Shown here: piece after piece, positions 11,068-23,120 of the stretch
Position numbering within the stretch: the stretch's first letter is position 1
Layout of the letters: every line of letters starts with the position of its first letter
Notes under the pieces: model-generated
Database searches by the model: none
What the model saw: the letters and a program-made list of their open reading frames with translations, nothing else
What the model was told of the DNA's origin: nothing
Source of the DNA: Glycera tridactyla
Lineage: Eukaryota
Direction: 5' to 3'
NCBI GenBank assembly: GCA_965644265.1
Contig: OZ286469.1
Coordinates: forward strand, 62,930,001 to 62,994,000
DNA length: 64,000 nucleotides
Made by a program: the position numbers and the translations under genes

Positions 11068-12204
11068 ATGGAGACACCTACAAACACACTCACACAACCA
11101 CCACACACACCAACATACAGCAGTGTAGTAGCAACAGCAATCATGTCGCCAACCACACAGATGCTCCCAAACAAACCGCGCAGCAGACAGCTTAACCCTA
11201 TCCCCACAGCAGAAGAGTTAGCAGCACATCAGAAACAGAATAGCAGACATCAGATCAAGATGCCATCTCCTAGGATCACAACAAAAACTGTGGAGAAAGC
11301 CAGCAACCCACCGATCAAGTATCTGTCCAACTATGACAGATACTACGAGCACCTCTACCTTCCAGAGAGGGCACCTAAAGTAGGGCAGGGAGAAGTCGAG
11401 ATCGAAGCACTAGACTGCTTCTCTAGGAAGTACGGGCTTATCCCATCATCCTATGTGACCCAGATGGCGTCAGAAAAACAGCACATTGACAGGTCATCCA
11501 ACAAACAGCATGTCCAGATCCACTGGGTAGAGGGACACTACATCACCTCACAACTCAAAAACAAGAAACTGAAGATCTGGGACTCTAGACCAACCAAAAA
11601 CATCATCCAGAGGCTCACCCCACAGATCAAGGCGCTCTATGAGGAGAGCCAATTCGACCTGGTGCAGCACAGAATAGTGCAGAACCAGAATAACAGCACA
11701 GACTGTGGCCCCTTCGCAGCAGCCTTCGCCCAAATCCTGGTCATGACGAAGGCTGACTTGGGACAAATCGAGTTCCAGCAGGGCTCAATACGGGATAAAT
11801 TCCAGGCCAACCTCAACACCCTGGAGTCTCTGCCCTTCAAAACGAAGAGGAATCCGTTGAAAATCAACGACATCCTTGACCAGGCTGCCTCAAATGAAGT
11901 CTTTGCCAGGCAGACCATTCTAGAAGAAGCAGCTGGAAAATTCCCTAGTCTAGCAGAAGCAGCGGATTTAGCCAGTAAACACAGCAAGAGGGAGCTGAAA
12001 GAAGTGGTCAGCCACACAAGATCACCACCCACACCACGAAGACAACAACAACCAGACAGGCCCAAAACACACACCAGCTTCAAAGACAAGCTGACAGCAC
12101 CCGCTGCAACATCACAGCCAGTCCTGCATACAGTACAGACTATCAGGTCCTGGACAATCATGCGCTGGTGTGTGCCCCAACACCACAGGATCAGCAGCTT
12201 ATGA
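11068..12204 (+). CDS. Open Ulp1/C48-like protease ORF (ORF1-derived, 378 aa from first ATG), U4
   Basis: His codon 11536-11538, WDS Asp, Cys codon 11704-11706; ATG in ATCATGG context. Confidence 0.7.
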   Translation: METPTNTLTQPPHTPTYSSVVATAIMSPTTQMLPNKPRSRQLNPIPTAEELAAHQKQNSRHQIKMPSPRITTKTVEKASNPPIKYLSNYDRYYEHLYLPERAPKVGQGEVEIEALDCFSRKYGLIPSSYVTQMASEKQHIDRSSNKQHVQIHWVEGHYITSQLKNKKLKIWDSRPTKNIIQRLTPQIKALYEESQFDLVQHRIVQNQNNSTDCGPFAAAFAQILVMTKADLGQIEFQQGSIRDKFQANLNTLESLPFKTKRNPLKINDILDQAASNEVFARQTILEEAAGKFPSLAEAADLASKHSKRELKEVVSHTRSPPTPRRQQQPDRPKTHTSFKDKLTAPAATSQPVLHTVQTIRSWTIMRWCVPQHHRISSL

Positions 12205-12759
12205 CACAGGATCAGCGGCCTATGACACAGATGGGCACGCCTGCCATGCAGGATTTCAATTGACATCAGTTACAAGTAAGCAAGATGATTACATTGCATT
12301 GTCAAAAGACAATTTGGCCAACATGAAAGATGTTTTTAGTATGTTACTAACAATTCTCCGCACACTGCAATGATATGGGCATACAAGCTAATTTTTTTTG
12401 CATCTCAATCATTGCTGTTGGTGACTTGATGCAGTTATCACCAGTCAATATTCTAATATATGTGATTTTGAGTAAATTTCACTGAAACTCCAAAAAGAAG
12501 ATCATGTACAAAACCTCATTCAATGGTCTGCAACATTTGATGTTCTGAATCAATATTGACAAATTATACATCAATCGATGCAAAATCTCGTCCTGCATTG
12601 ATGTTCCAAATTTGGTGAAGATCCGTCAGAGTTGTGGAAGAATTTGACGAGGAATGGATATGAAGCTAGACGAAATCACTTCCTGGCTTCATTTTCGACT
12701 GCTGAAACAATCATGACCATCAGTTGCTTTCGCTCACGTCCGTGAATTTGCCTTATATC

Positions 12760-13485
12760 ATGAAAGAAAAGGCTCACTTGCCTATCGCTACCCAGACGTT
12801 GTCTGCAGTTACTATATTTTCGTCGTCGCAAACCAAGAGAGAACCTGTCGTCGTACAGTCCCCGAAGGTACTCATCATGGGCAGCTCCCATGTTGCCAGG
12901 ATTCCCTCCAGTGCCCTGCAGGGTGCCACCAACGTGTCTCTAGCCGGTCGCGAGGGATATACTTGGGGTGATGCCCTAAAAGTGCTCAAGGGCAGGATGG
13001 AACCAGCCCAGGGGACCGTGCCCCTCAGCGATCTACAGCAGTTAATACTTGATAGTGATGTGTGCGTGTTTGTCTACGGTTCTAACGATTTGGCCCATAG
13101 ATTCTTTGATGTGAAGCTGGGGGTGTGTCGAGGGCCTACCTCAGCTGAGGTTGTTGCAGATATGAAAGCCTTTCTATCTTATGTTCTCTACCTTCGAGTA
13201 AAGGCTGGTTTGCCTGTGCCACGTATCCACGTGTTGAGTGTTCTTGTGAGGCCAGATTGGGGACAAGAACTTGTGGATGCCACGTGGAGGGTGAATGACG
13301 CTGTTTCAGCTCACCCTGACGTGGCATCTTTGATCATCCCTTTCTGGTTTCACCCGGAGTCCCACATCCGCCCTCTGACTGCACGAGGAAGTGTGGACAA
13401 CAAGCATCTGCATCCCTATCTTTACAAAGAACTATTGAAGACTATAAAATGCGAGGTGAGGGGTCATGCTCCTGGTGACTGGTGA
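12760..13485 (+). CDS. SGNH1 U5, intact
   Basis: All four blocks. Confidence 0.8.
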   Translation: MKEKAHLPIATQTLSAVTIFSSSQTKREPVVVQSPKVLIMGSSHVARIPSSALQGATNVSLAGREGYTWGDALKVLKGRMEPAQGTVPLSDLQQLILDSDVCVFVYGSNDLAHRFFDVKLGVCRGPTSAEVVADMKAFLSYVLYLRVKAGLPVPRIHVLSVLVRPDWGQELVDATWRVNDAVSAHPDVASLIIPFWFHPESHIRPLTARGSVDNKHLHPYLYKELLKTIKCEVRGHAPGDW

Positions 13486-13504
13486 GAGGTGATGTTTATG
13501 TATT

Positions 13505-14074
13505 ATGTCCCTTTTGTATGTTCATAAATATACTGCCTCGAGCGCTGCTGCTACTATATCTACCAAGACTGCTGCGGTCTCTGCAACTATTTCTACACAG
13601 ACTGCTACATCGAGCGCCTCTGCTACTACTTCTACCCAGACTGCTGCGTCCTCTACGACTATTTCGACACAGACGTCCGACGTGAAGGTTCAACCTGTAT
13701 CAATACAGACTTTTGCAGTGCCATCCCTATCTTCGTCCTTGTCTTCTTCAGGTTCAGAAGTTCTCATCATGGGTAGCTCCTACGTGGCCTGGATTCCTGC
13801 TTCATTGCTAGAGGGAGCAACTAACGTGACTTTGGCTGGGCGAGAGGGCTTCACTTGGTCTGAAGCCCTACAAGTTTTGCAGGGAAGAAAGGAGCCTTCG
13901 CCTGGGGACTTGTCTGCTGCTGCAATCCGAGACTTGATTCTAACAAGTACTGTTAGAGAAACTGTCACCCAGCAAGCAGGCCAAAAACCCATCTCAGGAA
14001 ATCCAATCAGTTTCCAGCCCAGCACTGGACGATCTGGGATACACTCTATTGAACATAGAGAGCCTAGACACTAG
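13505..14074 (+). pseudogene. SGNH2 partial, U5
   Basis: GSSY variant, shared with U6. Confidence 0.75.
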
Positions 14075-15222
14075 CCTAGGAAACACCATCATGGAGACAC
14101 CTACAAACACACTCACACAACCACCACACACACCAACATACAGCAGTGTAGTAGCAACAGCAATCATGTCGCCAACCACACAGATGCTCCCAAACAAACC
14201 GCGCAGCAGACAGCTTAACCCTATCCCCACAGCAGAAGAGTTAGCAGCACATCAGAAACAGAATAGCAGACATCAGATCAAGATGCCATCTCCTAGGATC
14301 ACAACAAAAACTGTGAAGAAAGCCAGCAACCCATCGATCAAGTATCTGTCCAACTATGACAGATACTACGAGCCCCTCTACCTTCTAGAGAGGGCACCTG
14401 AAGTAGGGCAGGGAGAAGTCGAGATCGAAGCACTAGACTGCTTCTCTAGGAAGTACGGGCTTATCCCATCATCCTATGTGACCCAGATGGCGTCAGAAAA
14501 ACAGCACATTGACAGGTCATCCAACAAACAGCATGTCCAGATCCACTGGGTGAGGGACACCATCACCTCACAACTCAAAAACAAGAAACTGAAGATTTGG
14601 GACTAGACCAACCAAAAACATCATCCAGAGGCTCACCCCACAGATCAAGGCGCTCTATGAGGAGAGCCAATTCGACCTGGTGCAGCACAAAATAGTGCAG
14701 AACCAGAATAACAGCACAGACTGTGGCCCCTTCGCAGCAGCCTTCGCCCAAATCCTGGTCATGACGAAGGCTGACTTGGGACAAATTGAGTTCCAGCAGG
14801 GCTCAATACGGGAAAAATTCCAGGCCAACCTCAACACCCTGGAGTCTCTGCCCTTCAAAACGAAGAGGAATCCGTTGAAAATCAACGACATCCTTGACCA
14901 GGCTGCCTCAAATGAAGTCTTTGCCAGGCAGACCATTCTAGAAGAAGCAGCTGGAAAATTCCCTAGTCTAGCAGAAGCAGCGGATTTAGCCAGTAAACAC
15001 AGCAAGAGGGAGCTGAAAGAAGTGGTCAGCCCCACAAGATCACCACCCACACCACGAAGACAACAACAACCAGACAGGCCCAAAACACACACCAGCTTCA
15101 AAGACAAGCTGACAGCACCCGCCGCAACATCACAGCCAGCCCTGCATACAGTACAGACTATCAGGTCCTGGATAATCATGCGCTGGTGTGTGCCCCAACA
15201 CCACAGGATCAGCAGCTTATGA
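14049..15222 (+). pseudogene. ORF1/Ulp1-like fragment, disrupted, U5
   Basis: Catalytic His lost (WVRDTIT) and CT-deletion stop at 14606. Confidence 0.8.
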
Positions 15223-15777
15223 CACAGGATCAGCGGCCCATGACACAGATGGGCACGCCTGCCATGCAGGATTTCAATTGACATCAGTTACAAGTAAGCA
15301 AGATGATTACATTGCATTTTCAAAAGACAATTTGGCCAACATGAAAGATGTTTTTAGTATGTTACTAACAATTCTCCGCACACTGCAATGATATGGGCAT
15401 ACAAGCTAATTTTTTTTGCATCTCAATCATTGCTGTTGGTGACTTGATGCAGTTATCACCAGTCAATATTCTAATATATGTGATTTTGAGTAAATTTCAC
15501 TGAAACTCCAAAAAGAAGATCATGTACAAAACCTCATTCAATGGTCTGCAACATTTGATGTTCTGAATCAATATGGACAAATTATACATCAATCGATGCA
15601 AAATCTCGTCCTGCATTGATGTTCCAAATTTGGTGAAGATCCGTCAGAGTTGTGGAAGAATTTGACGAGGAATGGATATGAAGCTAGACAAAATCACTTC
15701 CTGGCTTCATTTTCGACTGCTGAAACAATCATGACCATCAGTTGCTTTCGCTCACGTCCGTGAGTGTGCCTTATATC

Positions 15778-16503
15778 ATGAAAGAAAAGGCTCACTTGCC
15801 TATCGCTACCCAGACGTTGTCTGCAGTTACTATATCTTCGTCGTCGCAAACCAAGAGAGAACCTGTCGTCGTACAGTCCCCGAAGGTACTCATCATGGGC
15901 AGCTCCCATGTTGCCAGGATTCCCTCCAGTGCCCTGCAGGGTGCCACCAACGTGTCTCTAGCCGGTCGCGAGGGATATACTTGGGGTGATGCCCTAAAAG
16001 TGCTCCAGGGCAGGATGGAACTAGCCCGGGGGACCGTGCCCCTCAGCGATCTACAGCAGTTAATACTTGATAGTGATGTGTGCGTGTTTGTCTACGCTTC
16101 TAACGATTTGGCCCGTAGATTCTTTGATGTGAAGCTGGGGGTGTGTCGAGGGCCTACCTCAGCTAAGGTTGTTGCAGATATGAAAGCCTTTCTATCTTAT
16201 GTTCTCTACCTTCGAGTAAAGGCTGGTTTGCCTGTGCCACGTATCCACGTGTTGAGTGTTCTTGTGAGGCCAGATTGGGGACAAGAACTTGTGGATGCCG
16301 CGTGGAGGGTGAATGACGCTGTTTCAGCTCACCCTGACGTAGCATCTTTAATCATCCCTTTCTGGTTTCACCCGGAGTCCCACATCCGCCCTCTGACTGC
16401 ACGAGGAAGTGTGGACAACAAGCATCTGCATCCCTATCTTTACAAAGAACTATTGAAGACTATAAAATGCGAGGTGAGGGGTCATGCTCCTGGTGACTGG
16501 TGA
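15778..16503 (+). CDS. SGNH1 U6, full length
   Basis: Block III variant YASND; others intact. Confidence 0.75.
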   Translation: MKEKAHLPIATQTLSAVTISSSSQTKREPVVVQSPKVLIMGSSHVARIPSSALQGATNVSLAGREGYTWGDALKVLQGRMELARGTVPLSDLQQLILDSDVCVFVYASNDLARRFFDVKLGVCRGPTSAKVVADMKAFLSYVLYLRVKAGLPVPRIHVLSVLVRPDWGQELVDAAWRVNDAVSAHPDVASLIIPFWFHPESHIRPLTARGSVDNKHLHPYLYKELLKTIKCEVRGHAPGDW

Positions 16504-16522
16504 GAGGTGATGTTTATGTATT

Positions 16523-17092
16523 ATGTCCCTTTTGTATGTTCATAAATATACTGCCTCGAGCGCTGCTGCTACTATATCTACCAAGACTGCTGCGGTCTCT
16601 GCAACTATTTCTACACAGACTGCTACATCGAGCGCCTCTGCTACTACTTCTACCCAGACTGCTGCGTCCTCTACGACTATTTCGACACAGACGTCCGACG
16701 TGAAGGTTCAACCTGTATCAATACAGACTTTTGCAGTGCCATCCCTATCTTCGTCCTTGTCTTCTTCAGGTTCAGAAGTTCTCATCATGGGTAGCTCCTA
16801 CGTGGCCTGGATTCCTGCTTCATTGCTAGAGGGAGCAACTAACGTGACTTTGGCTGGGCGAGAGGGCTTCACTTGGTCTGAAGCCCTACAAGTTTTGCAG
16901 GGAAGAAAGGAGCCTTCGCCTGGGGACTTGTCTGCTGCTGCAATCCGAGACTTGATTCTAACAAGTACTGTTAGAGAAACTGTCACCCAGCAAGCAGGCC
17001 AAAAACCCATCTCAGGAAATCCAATCAGTTTCCAGCCCAGCACTGGACGATCTGGGATACACTCTATTGAACATAGAGAGCCTAGACACTAG
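16523..17092 (+). pseudogene. SGNH2 partial, U6
   Basis: Identical protein to U5. Confidence 0.75.
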
Positions 17093-18240
17093 CCTAGGAA
17101 ACACCATCATGGAGACACCTACAAACACACTCACACAACCACCACACACACCAACATACAGCAGTGTAGTAGCAACAGCAATCATGTCGCCAACCACACA
17201 GATGCTCCCAAACAAACCGCGCAGCAGACAGCTTAACCCTATCCCCACAGCAGAAGAGTTAGCAGCACATCAGAAACAGAATAGCAGACATCAGATCAAG
17301 ATGCCATCTCCTAGGATCACAACAAAAACTGTGAAGAAAGCCAGCAACCCATCGATCAAGTATCTGTCCAACTATGACAGATACTACGAGCCCCTCTACC
17401 TTCTAGAGAGGGCACCTGAAGTAGGGCAGGGAGAAGTCGAGATCGAAGCACTAGACTGCTTCTCTAGGAAGTACGGGCTTATCCCATCATCCTATGTGAC
17501 CCAGATGGCGTCAGAAAAACAGCACATTGACAGGTCATCCAACAAACAGCATGTCCAGATCCACTGGGTGAGGGACACCATCACCTCACAACTCAAAAAC
17601 AAGAAACTGAAGATTCGGGACTAGACCAACCAAAAACATCATCCAGAGGCTCACCCCACAGATCAAGGCGCTCTATGAGGAGAGCCAATTCGACCTGGTG
17701 CAGCACAGAATAGTGCAGAACCAGAATAACAGCACAGACTGTGGCCCCTTCGCGGCAGCCTTCGCCCAAATCCTGGTCATGACGAAGGCTGACTTGGGAC
17801 AAATTGAGTTCCAGCAGGGCTCAATACGGGAAAAATTCCAGGCCAACCTCAACACCCTGGAGTCTCTGCCCTTCAAAACGAAGAGGAATCCGTTGAAAAT
17901 CAACGACATCCTTGACCAGGCTGCCTCAAATGAAGTCTTTGCCAGGCAGACCATTCTAGAAGAAGCAGCTGGAAAATTCCCTAGTCTAGCAGAAGCAGCG
18001 GATTTAGCCAGTAAACACAGCAAGAGGGAGCTGAAAGAAGTGGTCAGCCCCACAAGATCACCACCCACACCACGAAGACAACAACAACCAGACAGGCCCA
18101 AAACACACACCAGCTTCAAAGACAAGCTGACAGCACCCGCCGCAACATCACAGCCAGCCCTGCATACAGTACAGACTATCAGGTCCTGGATAATCATGCG
18201 CTGGTGTGTGCCCCAACACCACAGGATCAGCAGCTTATGA
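17067..18240 (+). pseudogene. ORF1/Ulp1-like fragment, disrupted, U6
   Basis: Same lesions as U5; stop at 17624. Confidence 0.8.
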
Positions 18241-18795
18241 CACAGGATCAGCGGCCCATGACACAGATGGGCACGCCTGCCATGCAGGATTTCAATTGAC
18301 ATCAGTTACAAGTAAGCAAGATGATCACATTGCATTGTCAAAAGACAATTTGGCCAACATGAAAGATGTTTTTAGTATGTTACTAACAATTCTCCGCACA
18401 CTGCAATGATATGGGCATACAAGCTAATTTTTTTTGCATCTCAATCATTGCTGTTGGTGACTTGATGCAGTTATCACCAGTCAATATTCTAATATATGTG
18501 ATTTTGAGTAAATTTCACTGAAACTCCAAAAAGAAGATCATGTACAAAACCTCATTCAATGGTCTGCAACATTTGATGTTCTGAATCAATATGGACAAAT
18601 TATACATCAATCGATGCAAAATCTCGTCCTGCATTGATGTTCCAAATTTGGTGAAGATCCGTCAGAGTTGTGGAAGAATTTGACGAGGAATGGATATGAA
18701 GCTAGACGAAATCACTTCCTGGCTTCATTTTCGACTGCTGAAACAATCATGACCATCAGTTGCTTTCGCTCACGTCCGTGAGTGTGCCTTATATC

Positions 18796-19521
18796 ATGAA
18801 AGAAAAGGCTCACTTGCCTATCGCTACCCAGACGTTGTCTGCAGTTACTATATCTTCGTCGTCGCAAACCAAGAGAGAACCTGTCGTCGTTCAGTCCCCG
18901 AAGGTACTCATCATGGGCAGCTCCCATGTTGCCAGGATTCCCTCCAGTGCCCTGCAGGGTGCCACCAACGTGTCTCTAGCCGGTCGCGAGGGATATACTT
19001 GGGGTGATGCCCTAAAAGTGCTCCAGGGCAGGATGGAACCAGCCCGGGGGACCGTGCCCCTGAGCGATCTACAGCAGTTAATACTTGATAGTGATGTGTG
19101 CGTGTTTGTCTACGGTTCTAACGATTTGGCCCGTAGATTCTTTGATGTGAAGCTGGGGGTGTGTCGAGGGCCTACCTCAGCTGAGGTTGTTGCAGATATG
19201 AAAGCCTTTCTATCTTATGTTCTCTACCTTCGAGTAAAGGCTGGTTTGCCTGTGCCACGTATCCACGTGTTGAGTGTTCTTGTGAGGCCAGATTGGGGAC
19301 AAGAACTTGTGGATGCCGCGTGGAGGGTGAATGACGCTGTTTCAGCTCACCCTGACGTAGCATCTTTAATCATCCCTTTCTGGTTTCACCCGGAGTCCCA
19401 CATCCACCCTCTGACTGCACGAGGAAGTGTGGACAACAAGCATCTGCATCCCTATCTTTACAAAGAACTATTGAAGACTATAAAATGCGAGGTGAGGGGT
19501 CATGCTCCTGGTGACTGGTGA
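18796..19521 (+). CDS. SGNH1 U7, intact
   Basis: All four blocks. Confidence 0.8.
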   Translation: MKEKAHLPIATQTLSAVTISSSSQTKREPVVVQSPKVLIMGSSHVARIPSSALQGATNVSLAGREGYTWGDALKVLQGRMEPARGTVPLSDLQQLILDSDVCVFVYGSNDLARRFFDVKLGVCRGPTSAEVVADMKAFLSYVLYLRVKAGLPVPRIHVLSVLVRPDWGQELVDAAWRVNDAVSAHPDVASLIIPFWFHPESHIHPLTARGSVDNKHLHPYLYKELLKTIKCEVRGHAPGDW

Positions 19522-19540
19522 GAGGTGATGTTTCTGTATT

Positions 19541-20110
19541 ATGTCCCTTTTGTATGTTCATAAATATACTGCCTCGAGCGCTGCTGCTACTATATCTACC
19601 AAGACTGCTGCGGTCTCTGCGACTATTTCTACACAGACTGCTACATCGAGCGCCTCTGCTACTACTTCTACCCAGACTGCTGCGTCCTCTACGACTATTT
19701 CGACACAGATGTCCGACGTGAAGGTTCAACCTGTATCAATACAGACTTTTGCAGTGCCATCCCTATCTTCGTCCTTGTCTTCTTCAGGTTCAAAAGTTCT
19801 CATCATGGGTAGCTCCCACGTGGCCCGGATTCCTGCTTCATTGCTAGAGGGAGCAACTAACGTGACTTTGGCTGGGCGAGAGGGCTTCACTTGGTCTGAA
19901 GCCCTACAAGTTTTGCAGGGAAGAAAGGAGCCTTCGCGTGGGGACTTGTCTGCTAATGCAATCCGAGACTTGATTCTAACAAGTACTGTTAGAGAAACTG
20001 TCACCCAGCAAGCAGGCCAAAAACCCATCTCAGGACATCCAATCAGTTTCCAGCCCAGCACTGGACGATCTGGGATACACTCTATTGAACATAGAGAGCC
20101 TAGACACTAG
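19541..20110 (+). pseudogene. SGNH2 partial, U7
   Basis: As U1. Confidence 0.75.
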
Positions 20111-21170
20111 CCTAGGAAACACCATCATGGAGACACCTACAAACACACTCACACAACCACCACACACACCAACATACAGCAGTGTAGTAGCAACAGCAAT
20201 CATGTCGCCAACCACACAGATGCTCCCAAACAAACCGTGCAGCAGACAGCTTAACCCTATCCCCACAGCAGAAGAGTTAGCAGCACATCAGAAACAGAAT
20301 AGCAGACATCAGATCAAGATGCCATCTCCTAGGATCACAACAAAAACTGTGAAGAAAGCCAGCAACCCACCGATCAAGTATCTGTCCAACTATGACAGAT
20401 ACTACGAGCACCTCTACCTTCCAGAGAGGGCACCTGAAGTAGGGCAGGGAGAAGTCGAGATCGAAGCACTAGACTGCTTCTCTAGGAAGTACGGGCTTAT
20501 CCCATCATCCTATGTGACCCAGATGGCGTCAGAAAAACAGCACATTGACAGGTCATCCAACAAACAGCATGTCCAGATCCACTGGGTGAGGGACACCATC
20601 ACCTCACAACTCAAAAACAAGAAACTGAAGATCTGGGACTAGACCAACCAAAAACATCATCCAGAGGCTCACCCCACAGATCAAGGCGCTCTATGAGGAG
20701 AGCCAATTCGACCTGGTGCAGCACAGAATAGTGCAGAACCAGAATAACAGCACAGACTGTGGCCCCTTCGCAGCAGCCTTCGCCCAAATCCTGGTCATGA
20801 CGAAGGCTGACTTGGGACAAATCAAGTTCCAGCAGGGCTCAATACGGGAAAAATTCCAGGCCAACCTCAACACCCTGGAGTCTCTGCCCTTCAAAACGAA
20901 GAGGAATCCGTTGAAAATCAACGACATCCTTGACCAGGCTGCCTCAAATGGAGTCTTTGCCAGGCAGACCATTCTAGAAGAAGCAGCTGGAAAATTCCTA
21001 GTCTAGCAGAAGCAGCGGATTTAGCCAGTAAACACAGCAAGAGGGAGCTGAAAGAAGTGGTCAGCCCCACAAGATCACCACCCACACCACGAAGACAACA
21101 ACAACCAGACAGGCCCAAAACACACACCAGCTTCAAAGACAAGCTGACAGCACCCACCGCGACATCATAG
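20085..21170 (+). pseudogene. ORF1/Ulp1-like fragment, disrupted, U7
   Basis: WVRDTIT variant, stop at 20642, further frameshift near 20995. Confidence 0.8.
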
Positions 21171-21813
21171 CCAGCCCTGCATACAGTACAGACTATCAGG
21201 TCCTGGACAATCATGCGCTGGTGTGTGCCCCAACACCACAGGATCAGCAGCTTATGACACAGGATCAGCGGCCTATGACACAGATGGGCACGCCTGCCAT
21301 GCAGGATTTCAATTGACATCAGTTACAAGTAAGCAAGATGATTACATTGCATTGTCAAAAGACAATTTGGCCAACATGAAAGATGTTTTTAGTATGTGAC
21401 TAACAATTCTCCGCACACTGCAATGATATGGGCATACAAGCAAATTTTTTTTTGCATCTCAATCATTGCTGTTGGTGACTTGATGCAGTTATCACCAGTC
21501 AATATTCTAATATATGTGATTTTGAGTAAATTTCACTGAAACTCCAAAAAGAAGATCATGTACAAAACCTCATTCAATGGTCTGCAACATTTGATGTTCT
21601 GAATCAATATGGACAAATTATACATCAATCGATGCAAAATCTCGTCCTGCATTGATGTTCCGAATTTGGTGAAGATCCTTCAGAGTTGTGGAAGAATTTG
21701 ACGAGGAATGGATATGAAGCTAGACGAAATCACTTCCTGGCTTCATTTTCGACTGCTGAAACAATCATGACCATCAGTTGCTTTCGCTCACGTCCGTGAG
21801 CGTGCCTTATATC

Positions 21814-22425
21814 ATGAAAGAAAAGGCTCACTTGCCTATCGCTACCCAGACGTTGTCTGCAGTTACTATATCTTCGTCGTTGCAAACCAAGAGAGAACCT
21901 GTCGTCGTACAGTCCCCGAAGGTACTCATCATGGGCAGCTCCCATGTTGCCAGGATTCCCTCCAGTGCCCTGCAGGGTGCCACCAACGTGTCTCTAGCCG
22001 GTCGCGAGGGATATACTTGGGGTGATGCCCTAAAAGTGCTCCAGGGCAGGATGGAACCAGCCCGGGGGACCGTGCCCCTCAGCGATCTACAGCAGTTAAT
22101 ACTTGATAGTGATGTGTGCGTGTTTGTCTACGGTTCTAACGATTTGGCCCGTAGATTCTTTGATGTGAAGCTGGGGGTGTGTCGAGGGCCTACCTCAGCT
22201 GAGGTTGTTGCAGATATGAAAGCCTTTCTATCTTATGTTCTCTACCTTCGAGTAAAGGCTGGTTTGCCTGTGCCACGTATCCACGTGACGAGTGTTCTTG
22301 TGAGGCCAGATTGGGGACAAGAACTTGTGGATGCCGCGTGGAGGGTGAATGACACTGTTTCAGCTCACCCTGACGTGGCATCTTTAATCATCCCTTTCTG
22401 GTTTCACCCGGAGTCCCACATCTGA
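21814..22425 (+). pseudogene. SGNH1 U8, truncated before DNKH
   Basis: Same deletion and stop as U2. Confidence 0.8.
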
Positions 22426-22551
22426 CTGCACGAGGAAGTGTGAACAACAAGCATCTGCATCCCTATCTTTACAAAGAACTATTGAAGACTATAAAATGCG
22501 AGGTGAGGGGTCATGCTCCTGGTGACTGGTGAGAGGTGATGTTTCTGTATT

Positions 22552-23120
22552 ATGTCCCTTTTGTATGTTCATAAATATACTGCCTCGAGCGCTGCTGCTA
22601 CTATATCTACCAAGACTGCTGCGGTCTCTGCGACTATTTCTACACAGATTGCTACATCGAGCGCCTCTGCTACTACTTCTACCCAGACTGCTGCGTCCTC
22701 TACGACTATTTCGACACAGACGTCAGACGTGAAGGTTCAACCTGTATCAATACAGACTTTTGCAGTGCCATCCTATCTTCGTCCTCGTCTTCTTCAGGTT
22801 CAAAAGTTCTCATCATGGGTAGCTCCCACGTGGCCCGGATTCCTGCTTCATTGCTAGAGGGAGCAACTAACGTGACTTTGGCTGGGCGAGAGGGCTTCAC
22901 TTGGTCTGAAGCCCTACAAGTTTTGCAGGGAAGAAAGGAGCCTTCGCGTGGGGACTTGTCTGCTAATGCAATCCGAGACTTGATTCTAACAAGTACTGTT
23001 AGAGAAACTGTCACCCAGCGAGCAGGCCAAAAACCCATCTCAGGAAATCCAATCAGTTTCCAGCCCAGCACTGGACGATCTGGGATACACTCTATTGAAC
23101 ATAGAGAGCCTAGACACTAG
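22552..23120 (+). pseudogene. SGNH2 partial, frameshifted, U8
   Basis: Split into ORFs 22552-22857 and 22815-23120. Confidence 0.75.

Noticed and set aside
11068-12204. Analogy to the Wolbachia CifB Ulp1-like toxin or a toxin-antidote pair with SGNH
   Set aside because: The protease is clearly derived from the adjacent eukaryotic LINE ORF1; there are no bacterial features and nothing supports toxicity.
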